Source: Candidatus Levyibacteriota bacterium (lineage in GTDB: Bacteria > Patescibacteriota > Microgenomatia > Levybacterales > UBA12049). Taken from it: 64,000 bases of DNA. This document shows positions 9,466 to 18,768 of the stretch, piece after piece. The stretch lies in the NCBI GenBank assembly GCA_029260965.1, contig JAJDCG010000001.1, forward strand, positions 20,803 to 84,802, given 5' to 3'. The translations under genes were made by a program, and so were the position numbers. Position 1 is the stretch's first letter, and every line of letters begins with the position of its first letter. The notes under the pieces are model-generated. The model worked only from the letters and a program-made list of their open reading frames with translations. It was not told the DNA's origin and did no database searches.

Positions 9466-10767
9466 TCATGAAAGAGCGAGCACTTCTCTCTTAAACTGTT
9501 CCCCACGGTCTTTGTAGTTAGCAAACATGCCAAAACTCACACACCCAGGTGTTAAAATCACCACATCGCCAGAACGAGCAACTTTTGCTGCAGCTGAAAC
9601 AACAGTTTTCATATCTGTCGCATCCTCAATAATCAAGATCTTGGATCTTGGATCTTGAATCTTGGATTTGATCTCGTGCCACTCATCCCCAATACCAATA
9701 ATTGCTTTTATGTTTTTTGCCTCTCTTACCACTCTTCCAAGATCACTAAAATCATTTTTTCTTACTCCTGATCCTCCAAGGATTAATATTTCAGGAGAAT
9801 TAAACGCCTCAATTGCAGCAATTGCCGTTTCAGGCGTGGTTGAAAATGAATCATCATAATACTTCACGCCCCCTATCTCACGAACCAACTCAAGCCTATG
9901 CTCCAAACCTTTAAATGATTTCAAAACTGAAATTATATTTTTTGTCGAAACCCCCACAGTATTTGCAGCCATAACAGCAGCACAAACATTCTCATAATTA
10001 TGCTTTCCAGGAAGTAAGATTTCCTTGGTATCCCCGATCTCATTATCACTACCATTTTTGCGAACAATCACTTTTCCTCCTATTACAAAACAACCATTAT
10101 CAGTCTCCCTCTCACGCGAAACATAGAAAACTTTTCCTTGTGTTTCAATATCAGATTCGTTGCTTGCAGGATAGTCTCTGTTAACTATTGCAAAGTCATC
10201 AGCTGTTTGAAAACGCAAAATGTTTCTCTTTGCATCTATGTATTCTGATAAGTCTTTATGATGATCTAAATGATCTGATGTGATCATGAGAACTACAGCG
10301 ATATGTGGGCTTTTTTTTAGGTCTTTTAACTGAAAACTAGATAGCTCCAGCACAGTCCACGAATGAGTATCTAATTTATCCAAAAAGTTAACTGCAGGCT
10401 CTCCTATATTGCCACCCAGATATGCATCAACTCCTTCTTTTTTTAACATTTCATAGATAAGACTGGATGTTGTACCTTTTCCTTTTGTTCCAGTCACTCC
10501 TATTGCTTTTCCTTTTGCATTACTCAGAAAAATATTTGTTAATGTTGTATATGAGATTTGGATAAGTTCTGATTTCACACCAGGAGATTTTATCGCCAGA
10601 TCATAATCTTTTTGTCTATCCAGATAACCAGCCCCGTCCTTTTGATCAACTATTCCTATCTCTGCATCAGGAACATATTTTTTCAAAAACTTCTCTGCAG
10701 CATGTCCTTCCACTCCATAGCCGACAATTAAAATTTTTTTATTTTTTTTAATATCTTCGATTTTCAT
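9466..10767 (-). CDS. murD: UDP-MurNAc-L-Ala glutamate ligase (MurD/MurD2 type)
   Basis: SPGV, TGTKGKGTT, GGNIG, LELSSFQL, HRLE; DDSFSTTP instead of NDSKATN. Confidence 0.9.
   Translation of the reverse strand: MKIEDIKKNKKILIVGYGVEGHAAEKFLKKYVPDAEIGIVDQKDGAGYLDRQKDYDLAIKSPGVKSELIQISYTTLTNIFLSNAKGKAIGVTGTKGKGTTSSLIYEMLKKEGVDAYLGGNIGEPAVNFLDKLDTHSWTVLELSSFQLKDLKKSPHIAVVLMITSDHLDHHKDLSEYIDAKRNILRFQTADDFAIVNRDYPASNESDIETQGKVFYVSRERETDNGCFVIGGKVIVRKNGSDNEIGDTKEILLPGKHNYENVCAAVMAANTVGVSTKNIISVLKSFKGLEHRLELVREIGGVKYYDDSFSTTPETAIAAIEAFNSPEILILGGSGVRKNDFSDLGRVVREAKNIKAIIGIGDEWHEIKSKIQDPRSKILIIEDATDMKTVVSAAAKVARSGDVVILTPGCVSFGMFANYKDRGEQFKREVLALS
9637..9670. repeat. Heptamer tract (GATCTTG)3 plus degenerate copies inside murD
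   Basis: Encodes KSKIQDPRSKI; same unit as the GT tract. Confidence 0.9.
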
Positions 10768-12095
10768 ATTGTTAGTATTTGCTGGAATTCATGAGAAAGA
10801 TTATGCGCCCCTGATGTCTCAAAAGATTCTTCCAATAACTTTTTACTATCCATCCTTGTTAAGACATCTGATACAAAAAGTCTCATAGCTTCGTCTTCTT
10901 CATATTCTCCTTTTTTATGTGCTTTATAAAAGGCTATTTTTACCTCAGCAGGTGTTCCCACGCAATCAAAAGGCTTTATTGCGGATTCCCCCAAAAGCTC
11001 TTTGTAAGTCTCTAAAAGTTCTTTTTTTGCAAATAAATTTTCTCCAAAAATCTCAATCAATCTCTCCTTTGCTAAAAAAGCAGCAAGTAATGAAAAAACA
11101 AAAGCACATTTTGCGCACTCTCCACACCATTTTTTATCAGTTGTTTTGTTTATGGCAAAATTTCTGTTGCAGCTTGAAAAACTAGAGAAATATTTATCAT
11201 ATCTTGAAAAAATCTCAGCAATTTTTATCTCACTAAATGGTCTGAGAATTGAAAAATAACATACATCAGGTGTCACAAATTTCTGCAGATATTCTCCAAG
11301 CATGCACTCAAACTCAAACGACTTGCTCCACTGATGATTTATTTCCTGATCCAAATATCTAACGTTTCCATAACTTGATGATCTCTCATTGGCAACAATC
11401 ACATTTTTATAATCATAAAGTACTGCTGAAAAAACTCCGACAAATGCGTAAATAGCAGAGATTGGAACATGTCCGTTTTGAACATCTTTTCTCTTGTTAA
11501 GCTCAAAAATCTGTGGATCAAGAATTCTTTTTATATTTATTCCCCTTTTTCCAACCAGATTCATGACTTCATCCTGCAGATTTGTTTTCTTGAGAACAAA
11601 ACAGTCAAACTCACGACCAATTTTTTTCAAAAGCTCTGCGGCAACAATTGACTCCTTTCCTCCTCCCATGCCAAGCAGTGACCTTTCCTGACGTGGCAGC
11701 GAAACAGAAGTTGGAAAAACGTTATCTGAGTATGGAAAAGATATCAGACCTCGAAAATCAATTTGGTTTTTATAAAAAAACTCACCAAGGCCTTTTGTAT
11801 AGACTGTATTCCAAAATCCTGCTTGATTTTTTGAGAGAGCAAACTTTTCAATAATAATTTCGCGGGGGCAAAATACTTTGTAATAGCTGATGCCCAGGAT
11901 CAGATGCAGGCTCTGTAATACATTTTCTAAAAGCTCTTTTGGGATATCTGTATCAAAGGGCTTTGGAAACTCAAGCGTCTCTCTGAGCTCAATTTCTTCT
12001 CCATTGTGGTTGATCTGATAATCAAATTCTGCGACTCCTGTCTGCGGATCCCAAGTATAATTCTTGAAAATAAATGCGCTCTTCTCCATCTCCAT
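10764..12095 (-). CDS. murL: UDP-MurNAc-L-Ala-L-Glu epimerase MurL
   Basis: PP-loop GGGKES, NGHVP, NHQWSKS, SSCNRNF, WCGECAKC, KPFDCVG; overlaps murD start. Confidence 0.88.
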   Translation of the reverse strand: MEMEKSAFIFKNYTWDPQTGVAEFDYQINHNGEEIELRETLEFPKPFDTDIPKELLENVLQSLHLILGISYYKVFCPREIIIEKFALSKNQAGFWNTVYTKGLGEFFYKNQIDFRGLISFPYSDNVFPTSVSLPRQERSLLGMGGGKESIVAAELLKKIGREFDCFVLKKTNLQDEVMNLVGKRGINIKRILDPQIFELNKRKDVQNGHVPISAIYAFVGVFSAVLYDYKNVIVANERSSSYGNVRYLDQEINHQWSKSFEFECMLGEYLQKFVTPDVCYFSILRPFSEIKIAEIFSRYDKYFSSFSSCNRNFAINKTTDKKWCGECAKCAFVFSLLAAFLAKERLIEIFGENLFAKKELLETYKELLGESAIKPFDCVGTPAEVKIAFYKAHKKGEYEEDEAMRLFVSDVLTRMDSKKLLEESFETSGAHNLSHEFQQILTI

Positions 12096-12136
12096 GAGGG
12101 TATTATAAGCGATTTGGCTATTTTTTACTATTTTTG

Positions 12137-12210
12137 TACCAGGGGCGAGATTCGAACTCGCGACCTGAGGTTTATGATTCCTCTGCTCTAACCAACTGAG
12201 CTACCCTGGC
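12137..12210 (-). tRNA. tRNA-Met(CAT), probably elongator
   Basis: GCCAGGG/CCCTGGT acceptor, loop ATCATAA, GTTCGAAT T-loop. Confidence 0.9.
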
Positions 12211-12271
12211 GTGATCACAAGTATACCAAGTTGACCACGCACAAATCAAATGCTATACTAGCTTTCTAATA

Positions 12272-12340
12272 CGCGGGGTAGTGTACGGTGCACGTGAGGC
12301 TCATAATCTCACAGGCTAGGTTCAACTCCTAGCCCCGCAA
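12272..12340 (+). tRNA. Initiator tRNA-Met(CAT), atypical
   Basis: C1:A72 mismatch, CGCGGGG/CCCCGCA acceptor, CTCATAA loop, TTCAACT T-loop. Confidence 0.88.
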
Positions 12341-12397
12341 CACCGAAATTCTTTGTTAAAATCGTGGGTACGAACCCCCCCTGGTACAATATAGCTA

Positions 12398-12643
12398 ATG
12401 TGGTATATTTATATCCTTCTCTGCTCTGACAACAGCCTCTATACAGGCGCGACAAACGATATTGCCAAGAGGTTTGAAACGCATAAAAATGGCAAAGGTG
12501 GCGCCTATACCAGATCTCACAAAGTACTAAAAATAATCCATAAGGAGAAATTCAAATCAAAATCCGAAGCGCTCAAACGTGAAGCTGAGATCAAAAGCTG
12601 GACGCGTAAAAAGAAACTAAAAAGCTTAAAGCTAAAAATCTAA
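12398..12643 (+). CDS. GIY-YIG nuclease family protein (UPF0213-like)
   Basis: WYIYILLC..LYTG.T.D..KR..H..GKGG.YT..ALKRE..IK. Confidence 0.92.
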   Translation: MWYIYILLCSDNSLYTGATNDIAKRFETHKNGKGGAYTRSHKVLKIIHKEKFKSKSEALKREAEIKSWTRKKKLKSLKLKI

Positions 12644-13341
12644 ACCCATTTCCCTTTTTTTCCCTCTTTAAATGAAAAATAACCTGATTTGGCAACAATC
12701 AAATGATCAGTTAAGACGATCCCCAACATCTCCCCCGCCTCATGAATCCTTTTTGTAAACTCTATATCATCACTTGACGGATCAGGATCACCTGAGGGAT
12801 GATTGTGCACTAGGATAATTGAGGCACAAGGCATAGAAAATGCAGGAGCGAAAATATCCCGTGAGGAAAGAAGCATATTGTTTAGACTTCCCTGACCTGC
12901 TATTTCTTTCTTGAGAATTTCTTGCCTGGCGTTAAGATAAAACACAATCAAAAATTCCTGCTTTTTCCCAACAAATTCTTTAACATAAGGCAAAATATCT
13001 TTTGTTTTATATACAACATCTTTGGGGAACGCATCTTTTTCAAAAAGTCTTCTTCCAAGCTCCACACCTGCCAAAATTCTTGAGATCTTCGATCTGCCAA
13101 TTCCCTGAATTCCAACAAGCTCTGATGCTTTTATTTTGGATAATTTCATCAGAGGAAAATGCTTGAGAAAGCTTTTACCCAGCTGTACTGCGTTTTTTTT
13201 CAGAGAACCTGTACCCAATAAAATAGCTATAAGCTCGCTATCTGAGAGGTTTTCTGCGCCTTTTTCTATCAGCTTCTCCCTAGGACGTGAGGAAAGAGGC
13301 AAATCTTTTATTCGCTTTCTCTTCTTTTTTAGATTTCTCAT
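12640..13341 (-). CDS. radC: RadC family JAB-domain protein
   Basis: RPREKL, LSDSELIAILLGTG, HNHPSGDPDPS..D, DHLI. Confidence 0.95.
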   Translation of the reverse strand: MRNLKKKRKRIKDLPLSSRPREKLIEKGAENLSDSELIAILLGTGSLKKNAVQLGKSFLKHFPLMKLSKIKASELVGIQGIGRSKISRILAGVELGRRLFEKDAFPKDVVYKTKDILPYVKEFVGKKQEFLIVFYLNARQEILKKEIAGQGSLNNMLLSSRDIFAPAFSMPCASIILVHNHPSGDPDPSSDDIEFTKRIHEAGEMLGIVLTDHLIVAKSGYFSFKEGKKGKWV

Positions 13342-13368
13342 CCTGACTATAGTATAATAAGACTGTTC

Positions 13369-13686
13369 ATGAAAGTCGATTCAAAAAAACATAAAGTTCT
13401 CAATGAACTGGCACGGCGTATACGTACAGCAAGACGCGCATCTCGATTGTCTCAATCTGAACTAGGTAGAGGTATAGGCGTATCAGACAAATCTGTTTCT
13501 TCTTATGAAAAAGGTCGAAGCATTCCGCCCTTTGAAAAATTGCGAAAAATAGCCAAGTCCACCAACAGACCTGTAAGCTATTTTACCCAGGAAAATGAAA
13601 CAGATGCTGAAGTCACAACAAAACTTCTATCAATTGAGCGTGAACTTGCAGAGGTCAAAAAACTCCTCAAAAACTCTAAAAAATAA
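13369..13686 (+). CDS. XRE-family HTH transcriptional regulator
   Basis: LSQSELGRGIGVSDKSVSSYEKGRSIP plus C-terminal coiled coil. Confidence 0.9.
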   Translation: MKVDSKKHKVLNELARRIRTARRASRLSQSELGRGIGVSDKSVSSYEKGRSIPPFEKLRKIAKSTNRPVSYFTQENETDAEVTTKLLSIERELAEVKKLLKNSKK

Positions 13687-13734
13687 CCTATTGCCTCTTG
13701 ACATATTATACAAAATTCTCATATTATTAGATAT

Positions 13735-14079
13735 ATGAGGCAAAAAATAGGAATTATTCTTTTAGAAAGAACGGAGATAATAATAAGAATCTATGAAGCT
13801 GATGGCAAAGAATGGAAACTGCAACACTATCAAAATAAAGAATTCCAAGTTTCAAAAGAAACTAAACAAACAGAGGTGGATATCATAATCAATGAGATTG
13901 CAAGTTTTATGCTGAGTGATTATGCAAAATTTATTTCTGAATGGAAAGCCTGCGCCCGCTACTTACCTACTCCATTTACTAAAGTAATTACATCAGCTAC
14001 TGGATTTCGAATCGAAAACCTGAGCCAAACACGTGAACAGGAACTAATCTGCAAGGGTATGTTTACTGAATTGTGGTAA
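13735..14079 (+). CDS. Hypothetical protein (possible Ppx/GppA N-lobe-like fragment)
   Basis: Own TTGACA/TATTAT promoter; C-terminal TGFRIENLSQTREQELICKG. Confidence 0.6.
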   Translation: MRQKIGIILLERTEIIIRIYEADGKEWKLQHYQNKEFQVSKETKQTEVDIIINEIASFMLSDYAKFISEWKACARYLPTPFTKVITSATGFRIENLSQTREQELICKGMFTELW

Positions 14080-14080
14080 G

Positions 14081-14425
14081 TTAAAAGAACAAATCCCACC
14101 ATTTTTCCCAATTCGCACGCGTATCTCTAGGCTCTGCTTCCGCAGTTGCTCTCAAAACCTCATTCGGAAGCACTACTACACTCTCACCTTGTCTGGACAT
14201 AAAAAGCTTATCTCGCGCCTCACGCTCTACAAAACCTGCATCTTGCACCTCTGTTAGTTTTGCTCGCAACTGCATGTTCTCAACCTTCTCACTATCAATT
14301 TCCTGCTTTGCGGTCTCTATTAGATCCTTTTTGCGATATAGATCATAAATTGAATGAACTAGGTTATTTATTACCAAAACTGAGGCTATAATTACTATAA
14401 AAAAAACTACCTTTCTAAAACCCAT
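14081..14425 (-). CDS. Septum formation initiator (FtsB/DivIC family)
   Basis: TM plus coiled coil plus VEREARDKLFMSRQGE. Confidence 0.88.
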   Translation of the reverse strand: MGFRKVVFFIVIIASVLVINNLVHSIYDLYRKKDLIETAKQEIDSEKVENMQLRAKLTEVQDAGFVEREARDKLFMSRQGESVVVLPNEVLRATAEAEPRDTRANWEKWWDLFF

Positions 14426-14488
14426 GTATTTCTCAATATAATACGCGCTTGACTATAAGTCAATTATATGATATTATGGGATCCTGTT

Positions 14489-15352
14489 ATGACAAATCAT
14501 GTCAAATTAGGCAATGCCCACAAAGATTTTATTGACTTTCTCAAGGACAAAAAACACTCAAGTGCGACTATTTTGGCCTATGGAAAAGATATTGAACAAC
14601 TCACAAACTTCCTGTCTGAGTTGGAAAAAGAGCACATTCACGAAGTGGACAAGGACGATATACAGGCATTTCTCGGCAAACTCTCTGAAAAAGGCTATAC
14701 CCCTAAATCTCTCTCTAGGAAGCTCAATTCTACACGCACATTTTATAGATTCCTCAAGGTAAACGAATACATAACAGATGATCCTTCTCTGCTTGTTAGT
14801 CACCCACAATACGAATTGGCACCGCCTCGTATGCTAAAACCAACAGAATATAGGGCACTTCGTGATGCTGCTCGTAATGATGCGCGTATGTATGCAATCA
14901 TTGAACTCTTGCTCCAAACTGGGATCAGGATAGGTGAACTAGCAGACCTGAGAACAACTGATATCAGAAACGATGAATTACGCATCCGTCAACATGAAAA
15001 ACATCCTGAACGCATGGTTCCCATGAACAAATCTGCCAAAGAAGCACTCAGTCGCTATATGGAAGTACGTCCTGAAGTTGAGGAAGACCACGTATTTGTC
15101 ACCAAATCTGGAAAACCATTTCTAGTCCGCAACATCAGAACAGCAATTGAACGCTATTTCAGAATTGCAGGTATTGAAAATGCCAAGGTAAACGATCTCC
15201 GACACACATTTGTTGCGCACCACCTCAAACATGGAGTTTCTCTAGTGTTGCTTTCAAAAATCCTGGGACACAAGAGACTTTCAACAACAGAGCGCTACCT
15301 CGAATACGTTCAAGATAGGGCAAAAGACACCAACAACCTCAGCGAGCTTTAA
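14489..15352 (+). CDS. Tyrosine recombinase, XerC/XerD family
   Basis: SAM-like N-domain, TGIRIGEL, LRHTF, LGH...TTERY. Confidence 0.93.
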   Translation: MTNHVKLGNAHKDFIDFLKDKKHSSATILAYGKDIEQLTNFLSELEKEHIHEVDKDDIQAFLGKLSEKGYTPKSLSRKLNSTRTFYRFLKVNEYITDDPSLLVSHPQYELAPPRMLKPTEYRALRDAARNDARMYAIIELLLQTGIRIGELADLRTTDIRNDELRIRQHEKHPERMVPMNKSAKEALSRYMEVRPEVEEDHVFVTKSGKPFLVRNIRTAIERYFRIAGIENAKVNDLRHTFVAHHLKHGVSLVLLSKILGHKRLSTTERYLEYVQDRAKDTNNLSEL

Positions 15353-15411
15353 GCCTATTTCCAAAGACTTAGCTTCACATCTCAACACACCTGATATATA
15401 ATCAATAACTA

Positions 15412-16692
15412 ATGGGCAACAACCAAAAGTCAGCACTCGATGATGATTTATTTGAAGAATTTAAAAATCTCTATTTTGATGACTACGAATACTTAGCAAT
15501 AGAAAAAATCGTAAAAGAAAAAAATAAAAAGGACTTCTTAAACGAAAAGATTGAAAATCCAACTTTTGAATATCCCTTGCTTGAATCCTTTGATTTCAAA
15601 ACAAGAGAAAAAGGATTTGAGAATTTAAAACAAAAAGTTAATAAAAATAAAAACCCAGTCGTGCGACTTGCATACACAAAACGCATTGATGAGATGCTCA
15701 TACAAATACAGATGCTAAAAGCCTCAAAACTAAGTGATGATCTTAAATTTAGTGAGTGTTCAAAACTTGTTTATGGAGATCCAAAACCTGAAATATTTGA
15801 ATATGATAAGAGAGTTGTAAAAATAGCTACTCATGAAGCTTTTGATTCAAAAGATTCAAAACGTATAAAGGCAGCAGAAAAATTACAAAACCTTCTGGGT
15901 GATTTATCTTACGATAAATCTATCGAAGAAAAACTAAACCTATTGCCAAAACCATCAAAAGACACAGGCAAAATTCTTAATTCTATCGAGATAAAGTCGG
16001 TTTTTGAAAAAGCGGTTGAAGAGATGAATCTTAAAAATTGGTCTGTAAAAATTGACACCACAGGCATTTTAACAAATCTAAATGCCAATCAGGAAACAAA
16101 AACAATAAATATACCTACGGATAAAAATCTGAGAAATAGAGAAGCACCTACCACAAAGAAAAATGTTCTTGCATTAATTGCCCATGAACTTGGAACACAT
16201 GCCAGAAGACGAGAAAATGGAGAAAAAAGTAAATTAAAACTTCTCGGTCTTGGACTTGATAGATTCCTCAAAGGCGAAGAAGGGCTTGCGTCTTTTGCAT
16301 ACCAGCAAATTCAAGGCGCCAAGAATTTTGCAGGATTTGGAAGTCATTTCTCAGTATCAATTGGCGTAGGGCTTGATGGAAAGAAAAGAGATTTTAGAAA
16401 AGTTTTTGAAATACTAAAACTTTATTTCCTGACATCGATTGAACCAGATATAGATAGACTAAAACAAGCAGAAAACCTTGCATGGAACACTTGTGCGAGG
16501 TGTTTTCGTGGAACAACCTGCAAAACACCAGGCGCTCTATTTACAAAAGGACATATCTATAGTGAAGGAAACATCAATATCTACAAACTAATTGCTTCTG
16601 GATCAAAAGAAATTGAGAGATTCATAATCGGAAAATATGATCCGATAAATAAAAACCACATCCAAATCCTTGACCGATTGAGAATAATATAA
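15412..16692 (+). CDS. DUF1704 (HExxxH) metallo-carboxypeptidase-like protein
   Basis: AHELGTH, EEGLA, RCFRG, FTKGHIY.EG, IGKYD. Confidence 0.8.
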   Translation: MGNNQKSALDDDLFEEFKNLYFDDYEYLAIEKIVKEKNKKDFLNEKIENPTFEYPLLESFDFKTREKGFENLKQKVNKNKNPVVRLAYTKRIDEMLIQIQMLKASKLSDDLKFSECSKLVYGDPKPEIFEYDKRVVKIATHEAFDSKDSKRIKAAEKLQNLLGDLSYDKSIEEKLNLLPKPSKDTGKILNSIEIKSVFEKAVEEMNLKNWSVKIDTTGILTNLNANQETKTINIPTDKNLRNREAPTTKKNVLALIAHELGTHARRRENGEKSKLKLLGLGLDRFLKGEEGLASFAYQQIQGAKNFAGFGSHFSVSIGVGLDGKKRDFRKVFEILKLYFLTSIEPDIDRLKQAENLAWNTCARCFRGTTCKTPGALFTKGHIYSEGNINIYKLIASGSKEIERFIIGKYDPINKNHIQILDRLRII

Positions 16693-16764
16693 AAATTTAA
16701 TAAATTATTCAGTCATGGCACATGTAGGGTTTTGTCTAAAAAGAGGCAGGCAGCGATCTATCGC

Positions 16765-17537
16765 CTAAATCCTATCTCTCAGATCTTCAAGGAATTTTTC
16801 CTCAACAGGACCCAAAGGCTCAAGTCCCGAAATAAATTTGTAACATAATCCTTGCGTTGAAGTTCTTATGTACATCTGTGGATCCTCTGTTGAAGATTTA
16901 ATCTCTATCGTGTTTCTATCTAATACTCAGGGTTTATTCCTAACAAAAAACCCTTCCTGTTAGTCGCACCTTCGATCGCAGACTGTAGCAGTGCAATATC
17001 CACACCTCTGTAGCTAAAATAAGATACTTCATTTAATTCTGCTTCAGGAGAATTAAGCAAGGCAGCCATAGACAAAGGCAAGTCTTTAGTTATATTCCCA
17101 ATTTGCACAGAAAATATCAAATTACTAGCTCGATCTACATCTACTCTGTTATCAATAGAAAGACCTATTGTCTGTAACAAATAATGGGTTTGAGCATCTG
17201 CTTTTGCATATCCACGCGCTGACTCTTCAGCCTCTTCGGGCAAAAAAAGAAGGTCTTTTGCCCACTCAGATCCCTCACTAAATGTAGGAATCATCATTCC
17301 AGCTGTTGGAAAAACAGCAATATCTCCATGAGAAAAATCTACTAATCCATGACTACCACCTGATCTTTCCACCAATTTCCCATTTTCAATCGATCTCATG
17401 ACCATTTCTAGGCTCGTACCATGAAGAGCAGCATGTCTTTCATCCCTAGCGCTGATGCTTCCACGCCGAGCCACAGCAAGCAAGTGCGATGCGACTTCCC
17501 TTTGTGCTGGTGATAATTCTCCTGATTCTTTATTCAT
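16765..17537 (-). pseudogene. Hypothetical protein with an apparent 1-nt frameshift near 16926
   Basis: ORF 16920..17537 ends GINPEY; adjacent frame continues VLDRNTIEIK...ISGLEPLGPVEEKFLEDLRDRI to TAG 16765. Confidence 0.55.
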
Positions 17538-17604
17538 ATTGGAAATACTAAATTAGTCAATGGATAATAGCATATTCTTAGCTATAATTCAAACTATAGG
17601 GTTT

Positions 17605-18162
17605 TTATGATTTATTAAAAAGCTTTTTCCTAAATTTTTCCAATCTCTCAGGATCAAGGCGCATTCTGAGAATATCATTTGAAATATTTTGCCCCCAGAA
17701 CTCCTCACTTGAGACAATTTGGAGAAACTCATCAAAACTGACCTCTTTTACATCTATCTTTTCACCTGCATCAAGTGCGGGTTCTGCAACTTTTCTACAA
17801 CTACGAGCAATAAAAAAATACAAAGTCCAATCAATTTTTCCCTCGCTATTATAAGTTTTGTAAAGCTCCCAATCATCTGATTCTAGTCCAGCTTCTTCCA
17901 GAAGCTCTCTTTTAGCAGTTACCAAAGGGTCTTCCCCCTCCTCCTGACGGCCACCCAAAAGCGTATAAGCAGGGGGTCTTCCAGGCTGCTCTTCATGAGA
18001 GAGAAAAACTAGATTATTTGCGGTAGGTATGATTAGAATAGTATCTGGTCTTTTGAGTGCCTCAAATGTAGCATTTGTCCCATCATAAAGTTTTTGCTTC
18101 CATTGGTATGTATCAAAGATTTGTCCTTTAAAAACCCGCTTTGCTTTATCTGGTATTTTCAT
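17605..18162 (-). CDS. NUDIX hydrolase
   Basis: Nudix box GGRQEEGEDPLVTAKRELLEEAGL. Confidence 0.92.
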   Translation of the reverse strand: MKIPDKAKRVFKGQIFDTYQWKQKLYDGTNATFEALKRPDTILIIPTANNLVFLSHEEQPGRPPAYTLLGGRQEEGEDPLVTAKRELLEEAGLESDDWELYKTYNSEGKIDWTLYFFIARSCRKVAEPALDAGEKIDVKEVSFDEFLQIVSSEEFWGQNISNDILRMRLDPERLEKFRKKLFNKS

Positions 18163-18763
18163 TTTTTTTCAAATTTTTTCTATCTCTTGTCACCCACCAA
18201 TCATCATCCTTGTGTGCAAACCACCAATCATCGGAATTGGTTTTGACGATTTCTGCTGCCAAATCTCGACCAACCTGGGTTTTTAATCTTTTGAGTGCTG
18301 GCTTTATGGCATCATCTGCTCTCTTATTCCCAATATCCACCTGTTCTTTGAGGGAAAGTATCCATTCAATCGTATCAGCATCCTTGGCAAGAAGCGATTC
18401 TGTTGTTTTTCGCTCTTTCCACTCACGCACAAGCGAACGAATTACCCCCCCAAACTCAACTGTTGATGTAACGTCTATAATAGCCTCATCCTCATCAGCT
18501 CTGGCATATTTCTGATGGACATAATTGAGATCACTGACGCGTGCCTCAGCCAAATCATGAAAAAGACAAAGTTGCATTACCTTGGCTGCATCGACTTTTT
18601 TCTCAAGATTTGCCAGAACAAAACCTACGTAAACAGTCCTATTAATATGCTCAGCAACAGATTGTTCTCCTGATCCGACAAAATAAAAACCAGAACGAGG
18701 GGTTTTTGAGAGAATACCTACCTCAAAAAGAAAATTTGCAATATTTTTATATGACTTTCCCAT
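18146..18763 (-). CDS. HD-domain hydrolase (5'-deoxynucleotidase YfbR-like)
   Basis: RSG, SVAEH, HDLAEAR..D, KDAD. Confidence 0.9.
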   Translation of the reverse strand: MGKSYKNIANFLFEVGILSKTPRSGFYFVGSGEQSVAEHINRTVYVGFVLANLEKKVDAAKVMQLCLFHDLAEARVSDLNYVHQKYARADEDEAIIDVTSTVEFGGVIRSLVREWKERKTTESLLAKDADTIEWILSLKEQVDIGNKRADDAIKPALKRLKTQVGRDLAAEIVKTNSDDWWFAHKDDDWWVTRDRKNLKKNENTR

Positions 18764-18768
18764 TTTAG

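Noticed and set aside
12398-13686. GIY-YIG, RadC/JAB and XRE as an anti-phage operon
   Set aside because: Genes are convergent or divergent rather than operonic, RadC is the full-length chromosomal type, and no cyclase, E1/E2 or effector is present.
14489-15352. Tyrosine recombinase as a prophage or island integrase
   Set aside because: Xer-sized, no arm-binding domain, no adjacent att duplication or phage genes.
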